Part shown: positions 10,215 through 19,673 of the stretch, piece by piece
Layout: each line of letters starts with the position of its first letter
How positions within the stretch are numbered: the first letter of the stretch is position 1
NCBI GenBank assembly: GCA_050015395.1
Contig: JBEKBM010000005.1
Coordinates: 1-64,000, forward strand
DNA length: 64,000 bases
Source of the DNA: Candidatus Bathyarchaeia archaeon
Lineage (GTDB): Archaea; Thermoproteota; Bathyarchaeia; Bathyarchaeales; Bathycorpusculaceae
Direction of reading: 5' to 3'
Notes under the pieces: generated by a model
Told to the model about the DNA's origin: nothing
Database searches by the model: none
What the model saw: only the letters and a program-made list of their open reading frames with translations
Made by a program: the position numbers and the translations under genes

Positions 10215-11024
10215 TTATTGCTTATATCCTATCGCTTGGAAATGACCACCTAAAGCAAGAGCATCCGACCTATTGCTTAATTCAAATTCAATATTCAGCA
10301 GTTGTTGATAGAACTCATTTGAGTATTTCTCGCTAAACGTTAACTTTGGCGAAATAGCAAGTGGCATAGTGAAGAGTTTTCCCATAATTTTTTCTACCCT
10401 GATTTCGTTTTTTTCCAGCAATTGCTTAAATTCATCGGGAGACAATGCATAAACTTTCAGACTATTATTCATGATAAATTGGCTTTCTTTTGACAGCAAT
10501 CTAAATGCATAATCGGCACCTTCGGTTTGGAGGGTTGAAAGAGACAACACGTAACGATTTTGACCGCCTATGATTAAGGGGCAGCCTCTTTTTAGAACTC
10601 TCACGAGTTCTCTTATTACCATTTCTTGTTCCTTGATGAAACAAAGGGCATGTTCGCAGAACACCAAATCGAAGGTTTGGTCTTCAAAATCAAGTTTTAG
10701 AAGGTCACACTCTTTAATTTCGATATTTTGTTGCAAGCCTGCTTGGTTTATTTTCTCTTTAGCCACTTTCAACATTCCTGTAGAAGCATCGCCCAAAATA
10801 ACCTTCGGACCACATTTTGCAATAGGGATGCTCCATTTTCCTGTTCCACCTGCGGCATCGAATACAAGTGCCTTTGAATTAGTAGGAACATAAGGCTTTG
10901 TTAGGTTCCATGTGATTGCATCATAAACGTTACTCCATAATTGTTTACAATAGTTATCATAGGTCGAACTTTTTTTATCATAATAATCCTTCACTTCTTG
11001 CTTGTTGGAAAACATCACAATCAC
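10215..11024 (-). CDS. Class I SAM-dependent methyltransferase
   Basis: VFDAAGGTG motif I, GDASTGML, FDLVFC, RVLKRG. Confidence 0.85.
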   Translation of the reverse strand: MIVMFSNKQEVKDYYDKKSSTYDNYCKQLWSNVYDAITWNLTKPYVPTNSKALVFDAAGGTGKWSIPIAKCGPKVILGDASTGMLKVAKEKINQAGLQQNIEIKECDLLKLDFEDQTFDLVFCEHALCFIKEQEMVIRELVRVLKRGCPLIIGGQNRYVLSLSTLQTEGADYAFRLLSKESQFIMNNSLKVYALSPDEFKQLLEKNEIRVEKIMGKLFTMPLAISPKLTFSEKYSNEFYQQLLNIEFELSNRSDALALGGHFQAIGYKQ

Positions 11025-11139
11025 TACTCTAAAGCCTAACTATTCATAGTGCTAAATTGGCTTCTTATGTGTTGGTTTCTTTTTAAAGGTTTGAAAGTTC
11101 AAGAAATTCAAAACTTGAGGTCTTCATAGAGTAATTAAG

Positions 11140-12105
11140 CTAAGCGGTTTGTATGGGCTCTTTTCTGTATGCAATGGTTATTTTCTGGAAAAGCTTCACT
11201 ACATCCAGAGAGCAAAATAGCATTTTCGTTAAAAATTCATGTTGATATATTTTCATCTGCGCTTTAACTGGCAAATCGATTCTCGGAGGCTCAAATTTGC
11301 GCATTACCGCATTTACCTGCAAGCCCTCCACCCTGACTGCCTCCTTTTGCAAGCCTGTTTTTTTCGCAATATAGTTGAGGTATGTTTGTTTCCAGTCTAA
11401 TTCCATGATTTCCGCTGCAGTTATATCGATAGCTAAGGCGTCATTGCTGGTCAGCATTAAGTCCATTTTGACGGGTTTGCCTTTTGTTGGACCATTTCCC
11501 TCAATCCCAACTCTCGCATCCATGACTGTTAACTGCGGCTTAAAGATGGAGTATAACCTGTAGAAAACTTCCGGCAGATACGGGTGAAGGTAAATGCGCT
11601 TGTTGCTTGGGACGCAACCGAAAAGGTTTTTTATGGCTCCACTGTACATTGCAAACTCATGCGTTTTCATCAAAGGCAAATCCACAACCGCATCCGCATC
11701 CAACACGGTTTTTGGCAAAAACAGCTCCTTCACTGGAGTGCTGTTGGTTGGAAATTTTACTTTAACCACTTTGTCCTCTGAAAGATTAATCACGCTGCCG
11801 CCTGCTTTCTTTACGGCTGTTTCTATCCCTGTTTTTTCAAACGCTGAGTTGCACGGATAATTAAACCCGTTAGATTCGCCAACTATTACTTCCTTGGCGC
11901 CGTCTCGAAGTAAACTAACCAGTTCACCTAGCAGTTGGGGGCTTGTTACTACGCCGGGAAGGTACTCTGGGTGGCTCATGTTGGGTTTGACAAAAATTTT
12001 CTGTTTCCCACGTAACCCTGACTCATCAACGGCTTCCTTTAAGATTTCGCTTATGCCGTTTTTGGCTCGAAAGATTTTAACCGTTTTCTGTTCTGTGTTA
12101 GGCAC
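11140..12105 (-). CDS. DUF362 domain protein
   Basis: VKPN, VTSP, GES, LPLMKTH, GAIKNLFG, EGNGP. Confidence 0.85.
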   Translation of the reverse strand: MPNTEQKTVKIFRAKNGISEILKEAVDESGLRGKQKIFVKPNMSHPEYLPGVVTSPQLLGELVSLLRDGAKEVIVGESNGFNYPCNSAFEKTGIETAVKKAGGSVINLSEDKVVKVKFPTNSTPVKELFLPKTVLDADAVVDLPLMKTHEFAMYSGAIKNLFGCVPSNKRIYLHPYLPEVFYRLYSIFKPQLTVMDARVGIEGNGPTKGKPVKMDLMLTSNDALAIDITAAEIMELDWKQTYLNYIAKKTGLQKEAVRVEGLQVNAVMRKFEPPRIDLPVKAQMKIYQHEFLTKMLFCSLDVVKLFQKITIAYRKEPIQTA

Positions 12106-12107
12106 AC

Positions 12108-13532
12108 CTATGCACCCTTCACTTGTTTTCCCATTATGCAGCCTGGGTCGGAATTTAGCATGTCACCGTTATGGTATGCAGCTGACCGCGCTCTGCACCC
12201 GCCGCAAATATACTTGTAGGCGCATATTCCGCAGGCTCCCTTTAAGTTTCCCCTGTTCCTTAAGGCTTTGAAGAGTGTTGAGTTTAACCATATATCTTGG
12301 AACTTCTCAGTTTTCAGGTTGCCCACGTTTATGGGTAGGAAGACGCATGGGTGGACATCTCCCTGCGGCGAAAGTGAACAGTACAATCTTCCAGCTCCGC
12401 ATCCGCCGATGAAATCTGCTAGTGGAACAGCTTTCTTGCTTACTCTCGCCGTCTGCATGTGCGCCATAGACATGGTCACTTCCCCAGTTCCCGCGGTCCC
12501 TTGACATTGCAAGGCTACTCGGGCTAGCTGCGGCGCCGTGGTGAGAATGGTTGTTTTGCAGCCAGTTGACATCCTGTTTAGCAAGTAACGCATAAGCTTC
12601 TCTCGCTCTTCCGCCGACAAATCCTGGTCATAGTGAGCTTTTCCGCGTCCGGTTGGAATGAAGTTGAAGTAGGTGAATCTTTCGGCGCCAACTTCTTCAG
12701 CTAAGGTCACGATTGCAGGCACTTCTTCAAGGTTGCTTTTAGTAGCCGTGGTAGCTATGCAGGCGCATAAATCCGCTTCCACACAATTCCTAAGTCCACC
12801 CACAGCTTTCTCGAACGCGCCAGGTACTCCCCTGAAAGTGTCATGTGTTTTTGCGGTGGCGCCGTCAATGCTTATTTCGACGTAGTGTATTCCGGTTTGT
12901 TTTATTTTTTTGACGTTTTCTTTGGTTAGCAGGGTTCCGTTTGTAGCTACGGAAACGTATAAGCCGCTTTTAACTGCGTGGTTTGCCACTTCAAAGAAGT
13001 CTTTTCGGCTCAGGGGTTCGCCGCCTGAAAAGGCAAGTGCTGTAACTCCAGCGTCTGCAAGCTGATCCACGACTGCCATGGCTTCTTTGGTTGTTAATTC
13101 TTCTTCGTTTACTGCGCCGCTATTTGAGTAGCAGTGTTTGCAGTTGAGGTTGCATTTATGCGTGAAATCCCAAACAATCAAGAGCGGTGCATAAAGCGAA
13201 AGCGGCTTTTTAATGCCCATGTACGCGAAGCTTTTAGTCAAGTCCATAACTGCCCTCTGAGCGTACGGGTCAGCCAATAGTTTCTCGACTTTTTCCCGCT
13301 TAATGTTTAGGCTTCTTCTTAGGAACTCAACCCAAAAACCAATAATCTGCGAGTAAAGAACACTGCACTTCTCACAGGCACGATCAGTTTTTCCCGCATA
13401 AGCGTCCAATGCTGCTTCAAGAACCGTTCTGCCGCATGCAGGGCACTTATTGAGCGATAGCTTTAGCATTCTTTTGGTCATGGGCAACGTTATCACTGCA
13501 TTCCAGAAGGTGTCGTAGCTTAGTATGCTCAT
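12108..13532 (-). CDS. Radical SAM/SPASM protein with Cys-containing N-terminal extension (resembles the archaeal GMGT-synthase-like subfamily)
   Basis: WDFTHKCNLNCKHCY, FSGGEP, GGCGAGR...PCVF, CGIC...CGGCRAR...DPGC; N-terminal CPACG and CEKC. Confidence 0.85.
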   Translation of the reverse strand: MSILSYDTFWNAVITLPMTKRMLKLSLNKCPACGRTVLEAALDAYAGKTDRACEKCSVLYSQIIGFWVEFLRRSLNIKREKVEKLLADPYAQRAVMDLTKSFAYMGIKKPLSLYAPLLIVWDFTHKCNLNCKHCYSNSGAVNEEELTTKEAMAVVDQLADAGVTALAFSGGEPLSRKDFFEVANHAVKSGLYVSVATNGTLLTKENVKKIKQTGIHYVEISIDGATAKTHDTFRGVPGAFEKAVGGLRNCVEADLCACIATTATKSNLEEVPAIVTLAEEVGAERFTYFNFIPTGRGKAHYDQDLSAEEREKLMRYLLNRMSTGCKTTILTTAPQLARVALQCQGTAGTGEVTMSMAHMQTARVSKKAVPLADFIGGCGAGRLYCSLSPQGDVHPCVFLPINVGNLKTEKFQDIWLNSTLFKALRNRGNLKGACGICAYKYICGGCRARSAAYHNGDMLNSDPGCIMGKQVKGA

Positions 13533-13650
13533 CCGCGGTCGGTCTCCTGAGACAGCAATTCTGGTTTAGAGTAGGTTGCGTGATGATGTTAAATATTTCG
13601 CAAACCCCAATGTGTCACCACGATAGTCTCTTTTCTTCAGGCAAAAATGC

Positions 13651-14283
13651 TTAGCAACATACGTTCGAGTTTTTTTCTTTTATTATTCTTTCGGCAATTT
13701 CTAAATCTTTGAGCGTGTTAATATTTAGGAGTACTTCAACTTCTTTTGTGATTAAGGCGCTTGTTTCAATTTTGCCTTCGCCTTGAATTTTGGCGCCGTT
13801 AACGATGTTGACTCCTGAGACAGCATACCACTCGCCTTTGTACTCGTCAGTGGAAGAAACTGAGAGCCCCAAGCGTTCACGACTTTCGATAGGTACAAAG
13901 ACTGCTAAGAAGTCTTTTCCGCAAACCTCAAACTGACCGATGGCTTTGTCCAGAAACTTGCCTGTGATGGCTGGTAAATCCGCTGGAATGGTCAGCACAG
14001 GACCCATTAAACCAGCTGTAAGAGTGGCTTGCTTTAAGTCATCATGATACCCCTTTGCCTCCGTCCGCAAAACCTTCCATCCTTTGCTAAGGCAGTGCTT
14101 TTCAGTTTTAGGAGTGTTCATGCTGGTCACTACATAAAACTCTGAAACCTTCTCGGCACAAGCAAGAGCCTCAGCAACCCAATCAATCAGCGGTTTACCT
14201 AAAAAAGGCAAAAGCGGCTTCTCCACTGGCAAACCCATGCGTTTACCTTTTCCGCCAGCCATAATCAACGCAGGAACTTTCAT
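13651..14283 (-). CDS. cobY: CobY-like NTP transferase (adenosylcobinamide-phosphate guanylyltransferase paralog 2)
   Basis: MAGGKGKRM..EKPL, ADLP, GVNI, NINT..DL; overlaps the upstream cobS-like gene. Confidence 0.75.
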   Translation of the reverse strand: MKVPALIMAGGKGKRMGLPVEKPLLPFLGKPLIDWVAEALACAEKVSEFYVVTSMNTPKTEKHCLSKGWKVLRTEAKGYHDDLKQATLTAGLMGPVLTIPADLPAITGKFLDKAIGQFEVCGKDFLAVFVPIESRERLGLSVSSTDEYKGEWYAVSGVNIVNGAKIQGEGKIETSALITKEVEVLLNINTLKDLEIAERIIKEKNSNVCC

Positions 14284-15110
14284 ATTAGCACCAACACGCC
14301 TGCAAGCAAAATAAGCGTAACTGCCCTAGCCACCTCGTTGGTTGCCCCAATCGTGTCGCCAGAAACGCCGCCGAAAACGCTTTCCGCAACTTTCTCCATC
14401 ACAAACGCTATAGGAATGCTGACTAAAACCATTCCGACACCGATTAAACCCAAATAGGGTTTACCTGTAAAAGTAAAAAACGGGAAAACAATCAAAACAG
14501 AGAGTCCATAAGCGATAATGTTGAGCTTCTTTTTGGCTTTCTGGAGAAAAATCGAGCCTAATCCTTTATGTGTAGGTTTTCCAATCCAGACAATCGTAAC
14601 CATGGCTAATTTTGCTGAGAGTTCGGCTGCAATTATGCCTCCGAAAGCGAAAAGCGGGTTAATTAAAAATAAGCCTGCAAAAGCGGCAAACTCCACAATT
14701 ATCGCAAGTAATGCTCCCCAGTAAGTTACGGTCCAGGCGTGAGCAACCATTTTGCGGTCATGCAAATTTCTAAGCCCAAACGCGTTGCCTAAATCGATTA
14801 AGCCGTCAAAATGTTGGAGTCCCGTTAAGACAAGCAGGAAAGCCACGGTCATCGCAGCAACCGCAAGCTTTGCTAGTAAGTCAGTTGGCAAGGCAATGAT
14901 TGGGTTAACTAAACTGAGCAGAAAATGAACAATAATGCTCGCGCCGAGAAAGTAAGCGCCGGCAAGTATGCCTATGAATGCGCCGATTATGGGGAATAGG
15001 TACATGTGCTCGGCTGTGGTGAAAATGAAATCTTCCTTTCCGCCCACGGGGATAATGGTTAGGAAGGACAGTAAATCCCTAAAAGTTTTTATAGCTTTCA
15101 CTGGCGACAT
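14280..15110 (-). CDS. cobS: CobS-like membrane protein (cobamide synthase paralog 2, altered motifs)
   Basis: FLTIIPV, FPIIG, TGLQHFDGLID, GGVSGDTIGATNE. Confidence 0.75.
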   Translation of the reverse strand: MSPVKAIKTFRDLLSFLTIIPVGGKEDFIFTTAEHMYLFPIIGAFIGILAGAYFLGASIIVHFLLSLVNPIIALPTDLLAKLAVAAMTVAFLLVLTGLQHFDGLIDLGNAFGLRNLHDRKMVAHAWTVTYWGALLAIIVEFAAFAGLFLINPLFAFGGIIAAELSAKLAMVTIVWIGKPTHKGLGSIFLQKAKKKLNIIAYGLSVLIVFPFFTFTGKPYLGLIGVGMVLVSIPIAFVMEKVAESVFGGVSGDTIGATNEVARAVTLILLAGVLVLI

Positions 15111-15158
15111 ATACCCTACAACTAATTGAAAGATAATATAGACTTTGTCGTGAATTGT

Positions 15159-16091
15159 ATGGGGGAACTTAAAGGGAAAAAAATTCTAGTCACTGGTGGA
15201 GCAGGTTTTATAGGTTTTCACTTGTGCAAAAGGCTTTCAGACTTAACGTCTAACTTGAGTATTTATGATAACTTATCAAGTGGCAGAAAGGAAAACGTGA
15301 AAGACGTTCCCAAAGCTAAGTTCGTCAAAGGCGACATATTGGACCTGAAAAGGCTTCGTTCTTTAGAGAAGGCTGATTTAATTTATCATTTAGCTGCGCA
15401 AGTTGTTGTTCCTTACTCGATGGAGAATCCACTGGAAGATTTTGAAACAAACGCTAAAGGAACTCTCCAAGTTCTTGAGAAAGCACGCAAAGACGATGCA
15501 AAACTAGTTTTCGCTTCCAGCGCAGCAGTCTATGGCAATCCAACTGTATTTCCAACTCCAGAGGAATACGGTTTTCACCCCTTTTCATGCTATGGGTTAT
15601 CCAAAGTAGTCGGCGAAGAATACTGCCAAATGTACCAAAACCAATACGGTCTAGACATCACCATAATGAGGTTTGCTAACGTTTACGGGTCAAGGTGCCA
15701 CGGGGTCATCCATGACTTTCTAGATAAAATCGCTAAAAACCCAGGTAAACTAGAAATCATCGGCACTGGACTGCAGTCACGCGATTTTGTTCATGTTTCC
15801 GATGTGGTGGATGCTCTGGTAACCGTTGGCTCAGATGATTCTGCTAACGGTAAAACTTACAACATAGGCTTTGGAACAACAACCACGATAATAGACTTGG
15901 CCAAAATGATGCTCAAAATCCTCAACTTTCAAGCCAAGACATTCATTACAACAACCAATGTTTCTTGGCAGGGTGACGTAACAAAAATTTGGTTTGACAA
16001 CTCCAAAGCAAAGAAAGAGTTGAAATGGAATCCCAAGGTAAGCCTTGAAGATAGCATAAGAGAAATTATCGCTGAGAGGAAACTTTCGTAA
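15159..16091 (+). CDS. NAD-dependent epimerase/dehydratase (GalE-like extended SDR)
   Basis: VTGGAGFIG, HLAAQ, SSAAVYG, YGLSK, RDFVHV; ORF open from 15126. Confidence 0.92.
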   Translation: MGELKGKKILVTGGAGFIGFHLCKRLSDLTSNLSIYDNLSSGRKENVKDVPKAKFVKGDILDLKRLRSLEKADLIYHLAAQVVVPYSMENPLEDFETNAKGTLQVLEKARKDDAKLVFASSAAVYGNPTVFPTPEEYGFHPFSCYGLSKVVGEEYCQMYQNQYGLDITIMRFANVYGSRCHGVIHDFLDKIAKNPGKLEIIGTGLQSRDFVHVSDVVDALVTVGSDDSANGKTYNIGFGTTTTIIDLAKMMLKILNFQAKTFITTTNVSWQGDVTKIWFDNSKAKKELKWNPKVSLEDSIREIIAERKLS

Positions 16092-16966
16092 TGGCTACTG
16101 CGGTGCCAGCTAGAGGATTAATCGCTCTCTTGCGTCTTCCCTACTGGCTGATGACTGGTGGTTTATCTCTTTTAACAGCTTTCGCCATCACCAAAAACCC
16201 TCTTAGCCTCAGCATACAAACAGACTTGCTAATTTTCTTTTCCATGGCATTCATAACATCCGCAGGCTTCGCAATCAACGACTACTTTGACAGAGAAAGC
16301 GATGCAGTAATCAAGCCTAAACGCCCCATACCCTCAGGTGCACTCTCGCTAAAGCAAGTAGTGGCAATCTCAGGATTACTTTTTACTTTAGGTCTGATTA
16401 TGGCTTTTTTTATTAACTGGCTAAGCTTCGCAATAATCGCTGTTGATTCCCTGCTGCTATTGATTTACTCAACGCTTGTAAAGCGGAAATCAGGCTTTGT
16501 TGCTAACGTTTTGGTTGGCGTTTTAACAGGCACAGCCTTCATGTATGGAGAAGCCACCATCTCAGGCACTGTAAGCTTGATTTCCTTAAGCCTCTACCCA
16601 ATAGCTTTCGGCACTATAGGCGGCAACGTCCTGCGAGACATCCTAAGCCTTGATGGCGACTCAAAGATTGGTTATCCAACACTCCCGAAGAAAATCGGCA
16701 TCAGCAACTCGACGAAAGTCGCCGCTTTATTCTTTACGTTGACTGGGTTGCTTGCGCCTCTTCCCTACTTCATAGGCAAGTTTACAATTTACTATTTGCC
16801 TCCCATTCTCTTATGGAGCGTTCTTTTAATTTACTGTTCAATCCGTCTTGCAACCTCAGCTTCAACAGTGTCTAATGTGCGAAAATATGAGCGAATAGTT
16901 ACTATGTCGATGATTCTTCTTCCGTTAGCATTAATAATCGAGGCAACACTTGGAGGGTTATTATGA
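16091..16966 (+). CDS. UbiA-family prenyltransferase, DGGGP-synthase-like
   Basis: INDYFDRESD..KPKRPIPSG; second motif RDILSLDGD...TLP; about 8 TM segments. Confidence 0.82.
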   Translation: MATAVPARGLIALLRLPYWLMTGGLSLLTAFAITKNPLSLSIQTDLLIFFSMAFITSAGFAINDYFDRESDAVIKPKRPIPSGALSLKQVVAISGLLFTLGLIMAFFINWLSFAIIAVDSLLLLIYSTLVKRKSGFVANVLVGVLTGTAFMYGEATISGTVSLISLSLYPIAFGTIGGNVLRDILSLDGDSKIGYPTLPKKIGISNSTKVAALFFTLTGLLAPLPYFIGKFTIYYLPPILLWSVLLIYCSIRLATSASTVSNVRKYERIVTMSMILLPLALIIEATLGGLL

Positions 16967-18429
16967 CCAAAACCAAAAGCGTCTGTCCTGAATGCCAGAA
17001 AAAAATTGATGCCGAATTAACCGAAGTTAACGGGAAAATTAAAATCACTAAACAATGTCCTGAGCATGGAGTTTTCGAAGCTACTCACTGGCAAAGCCCA
17101 GGCGTCTTTAATCACATGCAAACTTATGACCAATTCCAATATCTTGGCGACTTAAACGCCCCGAAAAACCCTGAAGGCTGCCCATATGTCTGCGAATCGT
17201 GCACTAATCATGCTTCAGGCACTGTCATAGGAGTCATCGACGTAACCAAACGATGCAACTTAAAATGTGCCGTCTGCTTCTCCACGTTTCCCCAACAAGA
17301 AGTTGATTATGAACCAACAAAACAAGCCCTCGTAAACATGCTGGAGTTCGTAAGCAAAGCTAACCCCAAGCCTCCAGCCATCCTGTTCTCAGGCGGCGAA
17401 CCCCTAGAACGCGAGGACATGCCTGAAATCATCGGCGTCGCCCATAAGCTGAAGTTTATGACTATTCTTGCGACCAATGGGACGCATTTGGCTGAGAACC
17501 CACAGTTAGCGGAGAGACTAAAAAATAACGGTTTGAACATTGTTTACTTACAGTTTGACAGTTTCCACGACGACTTTTACAAGAAAGTTAGAGGGCAAGC
17601 GCTCTTAGACCACAAACTAAAGGCTATTGAGGTATGCCGCAAATACGACATCGAAATAATCCTCGTCAACACATTAATGAAAAGTTTAAACGATAAAGAA
17701 GTCGGCGACATAATCAAGTTCGCTGCAAAAAACACTGACATAATCAGAGGCTTAATTTTCCAGCCAATCGCCTTTACTGGCCGAGCGACAGAAAACCCGT
17801 TTAGAGAAAACTTCCGCGAATGGTCTTTTGCAGAAGACGTGGAAAACCAAACGCAGGGAGAAATAAAAACTACCGATTTGTTTCCCATGTCAGTGATGAC
17901 TTCACCCATAAAGATAATGCGCAAGTTCATGAAAAAGCCTTGGCCACTATTCTCATGCAGCCCACAATGCGGCATCGTCAATTGGATTTACGTTACAAAA
18001 AAGGGCAAAATGATTCCAATTAACCGTTTCGTTAACTTTGACAGGTTCTTTAAAAGCATTCGCAAAACCGCCGAGTCTGCTGATTCTAAGGGCAAGATTT
18101 CGCTTCTTTCAACACTCTTCTTGGCATCGATGGAGTCGATGAACTGGTATTTAGTTACTAAAGAAGTCGGTATGTTGACTCTTACAAACGCAATTATGAG
18201 GATGCATCTTTCTCCATCCTACCAATCGCTTGGCAAGGTACGCAGAAGAATCTTCCTTTTAGGCTGCATGGCGTTTATGGATTCATACAACTTTGACGTT
18301 AACCGAGTTAGACGATGCGTAGTCCACTACATCACGCCAGACTTGAAAATCATACCATTCTGCGCATACAACAATATACATAGAGTTGCAATCGAAAAAG
18401 AGTACGCTGAAACTCATAAGAAGGCTTAA
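16963..18429 (+). CDS. tes: Tetraether lipid synthase (Tes/MJ0619)-like radical SAM enzyme
   Basis: CPEC...CPEHG, CPYVCESCTNH, DVTKRCNLKCAVC, YLQFD, FQPIAFTGR, PQCG, RRCVVHY..IPFCAYN. Confidence 0.8.
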   Translation: MTKTKSVCPECQKKIDAELTEVNGKIKITKQCPEHGVFEATHWQSPGVFNHMQTYDQFQYLGDLNAPKNPEGCPYVCESCTNHASGTVIGVIDVTKRCNLKCAVCFSTFPQQEVDYEPTKQALVNMLEFVSKANPKPPAILFSGGEPLEREDMPEIIGVAHKLKFMTILATNGTHLAENPQLAERLKNNGLNIVYLQFDSFHDDFYKKVRGQALLDHKLKAIEVCRKYDIEIILVNTLMKSLNDKEVGDIIKFAAKNTDIIRGLIFQPIAFTGRATENPFRENFREWSFAEDVENQTQGEIKTTDLFPMSVMTSPIKIMRKFMKKPWPLFSCSPQCGIVNWIYVTKKGKMIPINRFVNFDRFFKSIRKTAESADSKGKISLLSTLFLASMESMNWYLVTKEVGMLTLTNAIMRMHLSPSYQSLGKVRRRIFLLGCMAFMDSYNFDVNRVRRCVVHYITPDLKIIPFCAYNNIHRVAIEKEYAETHKKA

Positions 18430-18932
18430 CTTATTACTTGAATGTTTAAGACACAATAATCAGCGTGCGCGCTAAATTGGTAAGCTCCTGAATCTTGATT
18501 ATACTGCCAGAGCTCAAAAACCACCGAGTAGCTTCCAACTTGATTTTCCGTAACTGTGACTGACTTTTGCCAGCTTTGACCATTCCCTAAGGTCATATTA
18601 TACACTTCAGTGGGCTGAGTATTAACTGGAAAAGTTGTAAGGTCATTGGTGATTTTCACTAAAACCTGGTATTGCACGGTCCCTCCCATGTTGTTCACAA
18701 CGGTAACCGGCACGTTGAATGTGCTGTTCTGATTAGCAACCAAAACTGCAGGGTAATCAACGGCTTTGTTTTGTGAATCAAGCAAATAAATTGTGCTATA
18801 CCCCGCCGGCGCCGGCCTAAAAAACACAAAGTAACTTACAGCTAGTGCAGAAATAATTACTAAGGCAAGGAAAATGGCGACTGCATAGCCTTTTTCATCG
18901 TTTAAACCAATTTTTCTGCCAATATTCTTCAT
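18426..18932 (-). CDS. DUF1616-like membrane-anchored protein
   Basis: One TM helix then YLL.....DYP..L, V.N.MG...Y; track ORF to 19124 overlaps the GT2 gene, so the true start is probably 18932 or 18953. Confidence 0.65.
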   Translation of the reverse strand: MKNIGRKIGLNDEKGYAVAIFLALVIISALAVSYFVFFRPAPAGYSTIYLLDSQNKAVDYPAVLVANQNSTFNVPVTVVNNMGGTVQYQVLVKITNDLTTFPVNTQPTEVYNMTLGNGQSWQKSVTVTENQVGSYSVVFELWQYNQDSGAYQFSAHADYCVLNIQVIS

Positions 18933-19644
18933 TTTTTCTAACCATGTCGGCATCCAGAAGGCCCCTAAATATAGTGCTAAATATTTCAATTCCTGACTTA
19001 AATTTTTTGAGCTTGGTTTTCCCGTATTTTCGGGCTTTATACGTGGTGGAGACTTCAACCATGCTGTATCCTTCTTTGGCGAATTGTACAAGCATTTCAG
19101 TAGCGAAAGCCATGTCTCCCTCATTTAACTTAACATTGTCGATGGCCTCATGAGATATTGCTCGGAAACCAGATTGTGTGTCGCTTAGAAATTGGCTGTA
19201 GAAGAAGTCGAAAAAGAAGGTAATCACTTTGTTTCCAACAAAATTCATGAATCCCATGGCTTTGTTTGGGTCATACATGCGAGTGGCTAAAACCATGTCA
19301 GCGTCTGTCTGAATCATCCTATCCAGCAAGCGGTTGATGTGTTTTACCTCGTAGGTTCCATCGCCGTCAACCATCACAATAATGTTTCCTTTCGCGTTTT
19401 TCATGCCTGTTTTAAGAGCAGTACCATACCCGAGTCTTGGTTCAATAATAAGCTTGCAAAAACTTGTGTCTTTAACGATTTCTATTGTTCCGTCAGTGGA
19501 GTTGCCGTCAACAACGATTATCTCCTTTGGATATGCCAAATCTTTCTCGATGGTTGTGACAGCCTCTAAGATGTTTCCTGCTTCATTGAGTGTTGGAATT
19601 ACCACCGAGACCAGTTCTACTTTCGACGTCATGCTAACTCCCAT
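18895..19644 (-). CDS. Glycosyltransferase family 2
   Basis: SVVIPTLNEA, VDGNSTDGT, DGDGTY, DTQSGFRA. Confidence 0.9.
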   Translation of the reverse strand: MGVSMTSKVELVSVVIPTLNEAGNILEAVTTIEKDLAYPKEIIVVDGNSTDGTIEIVKDTSFCKLIIEPRLGYGTALKTGMKNAKGNIIVMVDGDGTYEVKHINRLLDRMIQTDADMVLATRMYDPNKAMGFMNFVGNKVITFFFDFFYSQFLSDTQSGFRAISHEAIDNVKLNEGDMAFATEMLVQFAKEGYSMVEVSTTYKARKYGKTKLKKFKSGIEIFSTIFRGLLDADMVRKNEEYWQKNWFKR

Positions 19645-19673
19645 CGTAAGGCTATATTATTTCATTATCTTGG

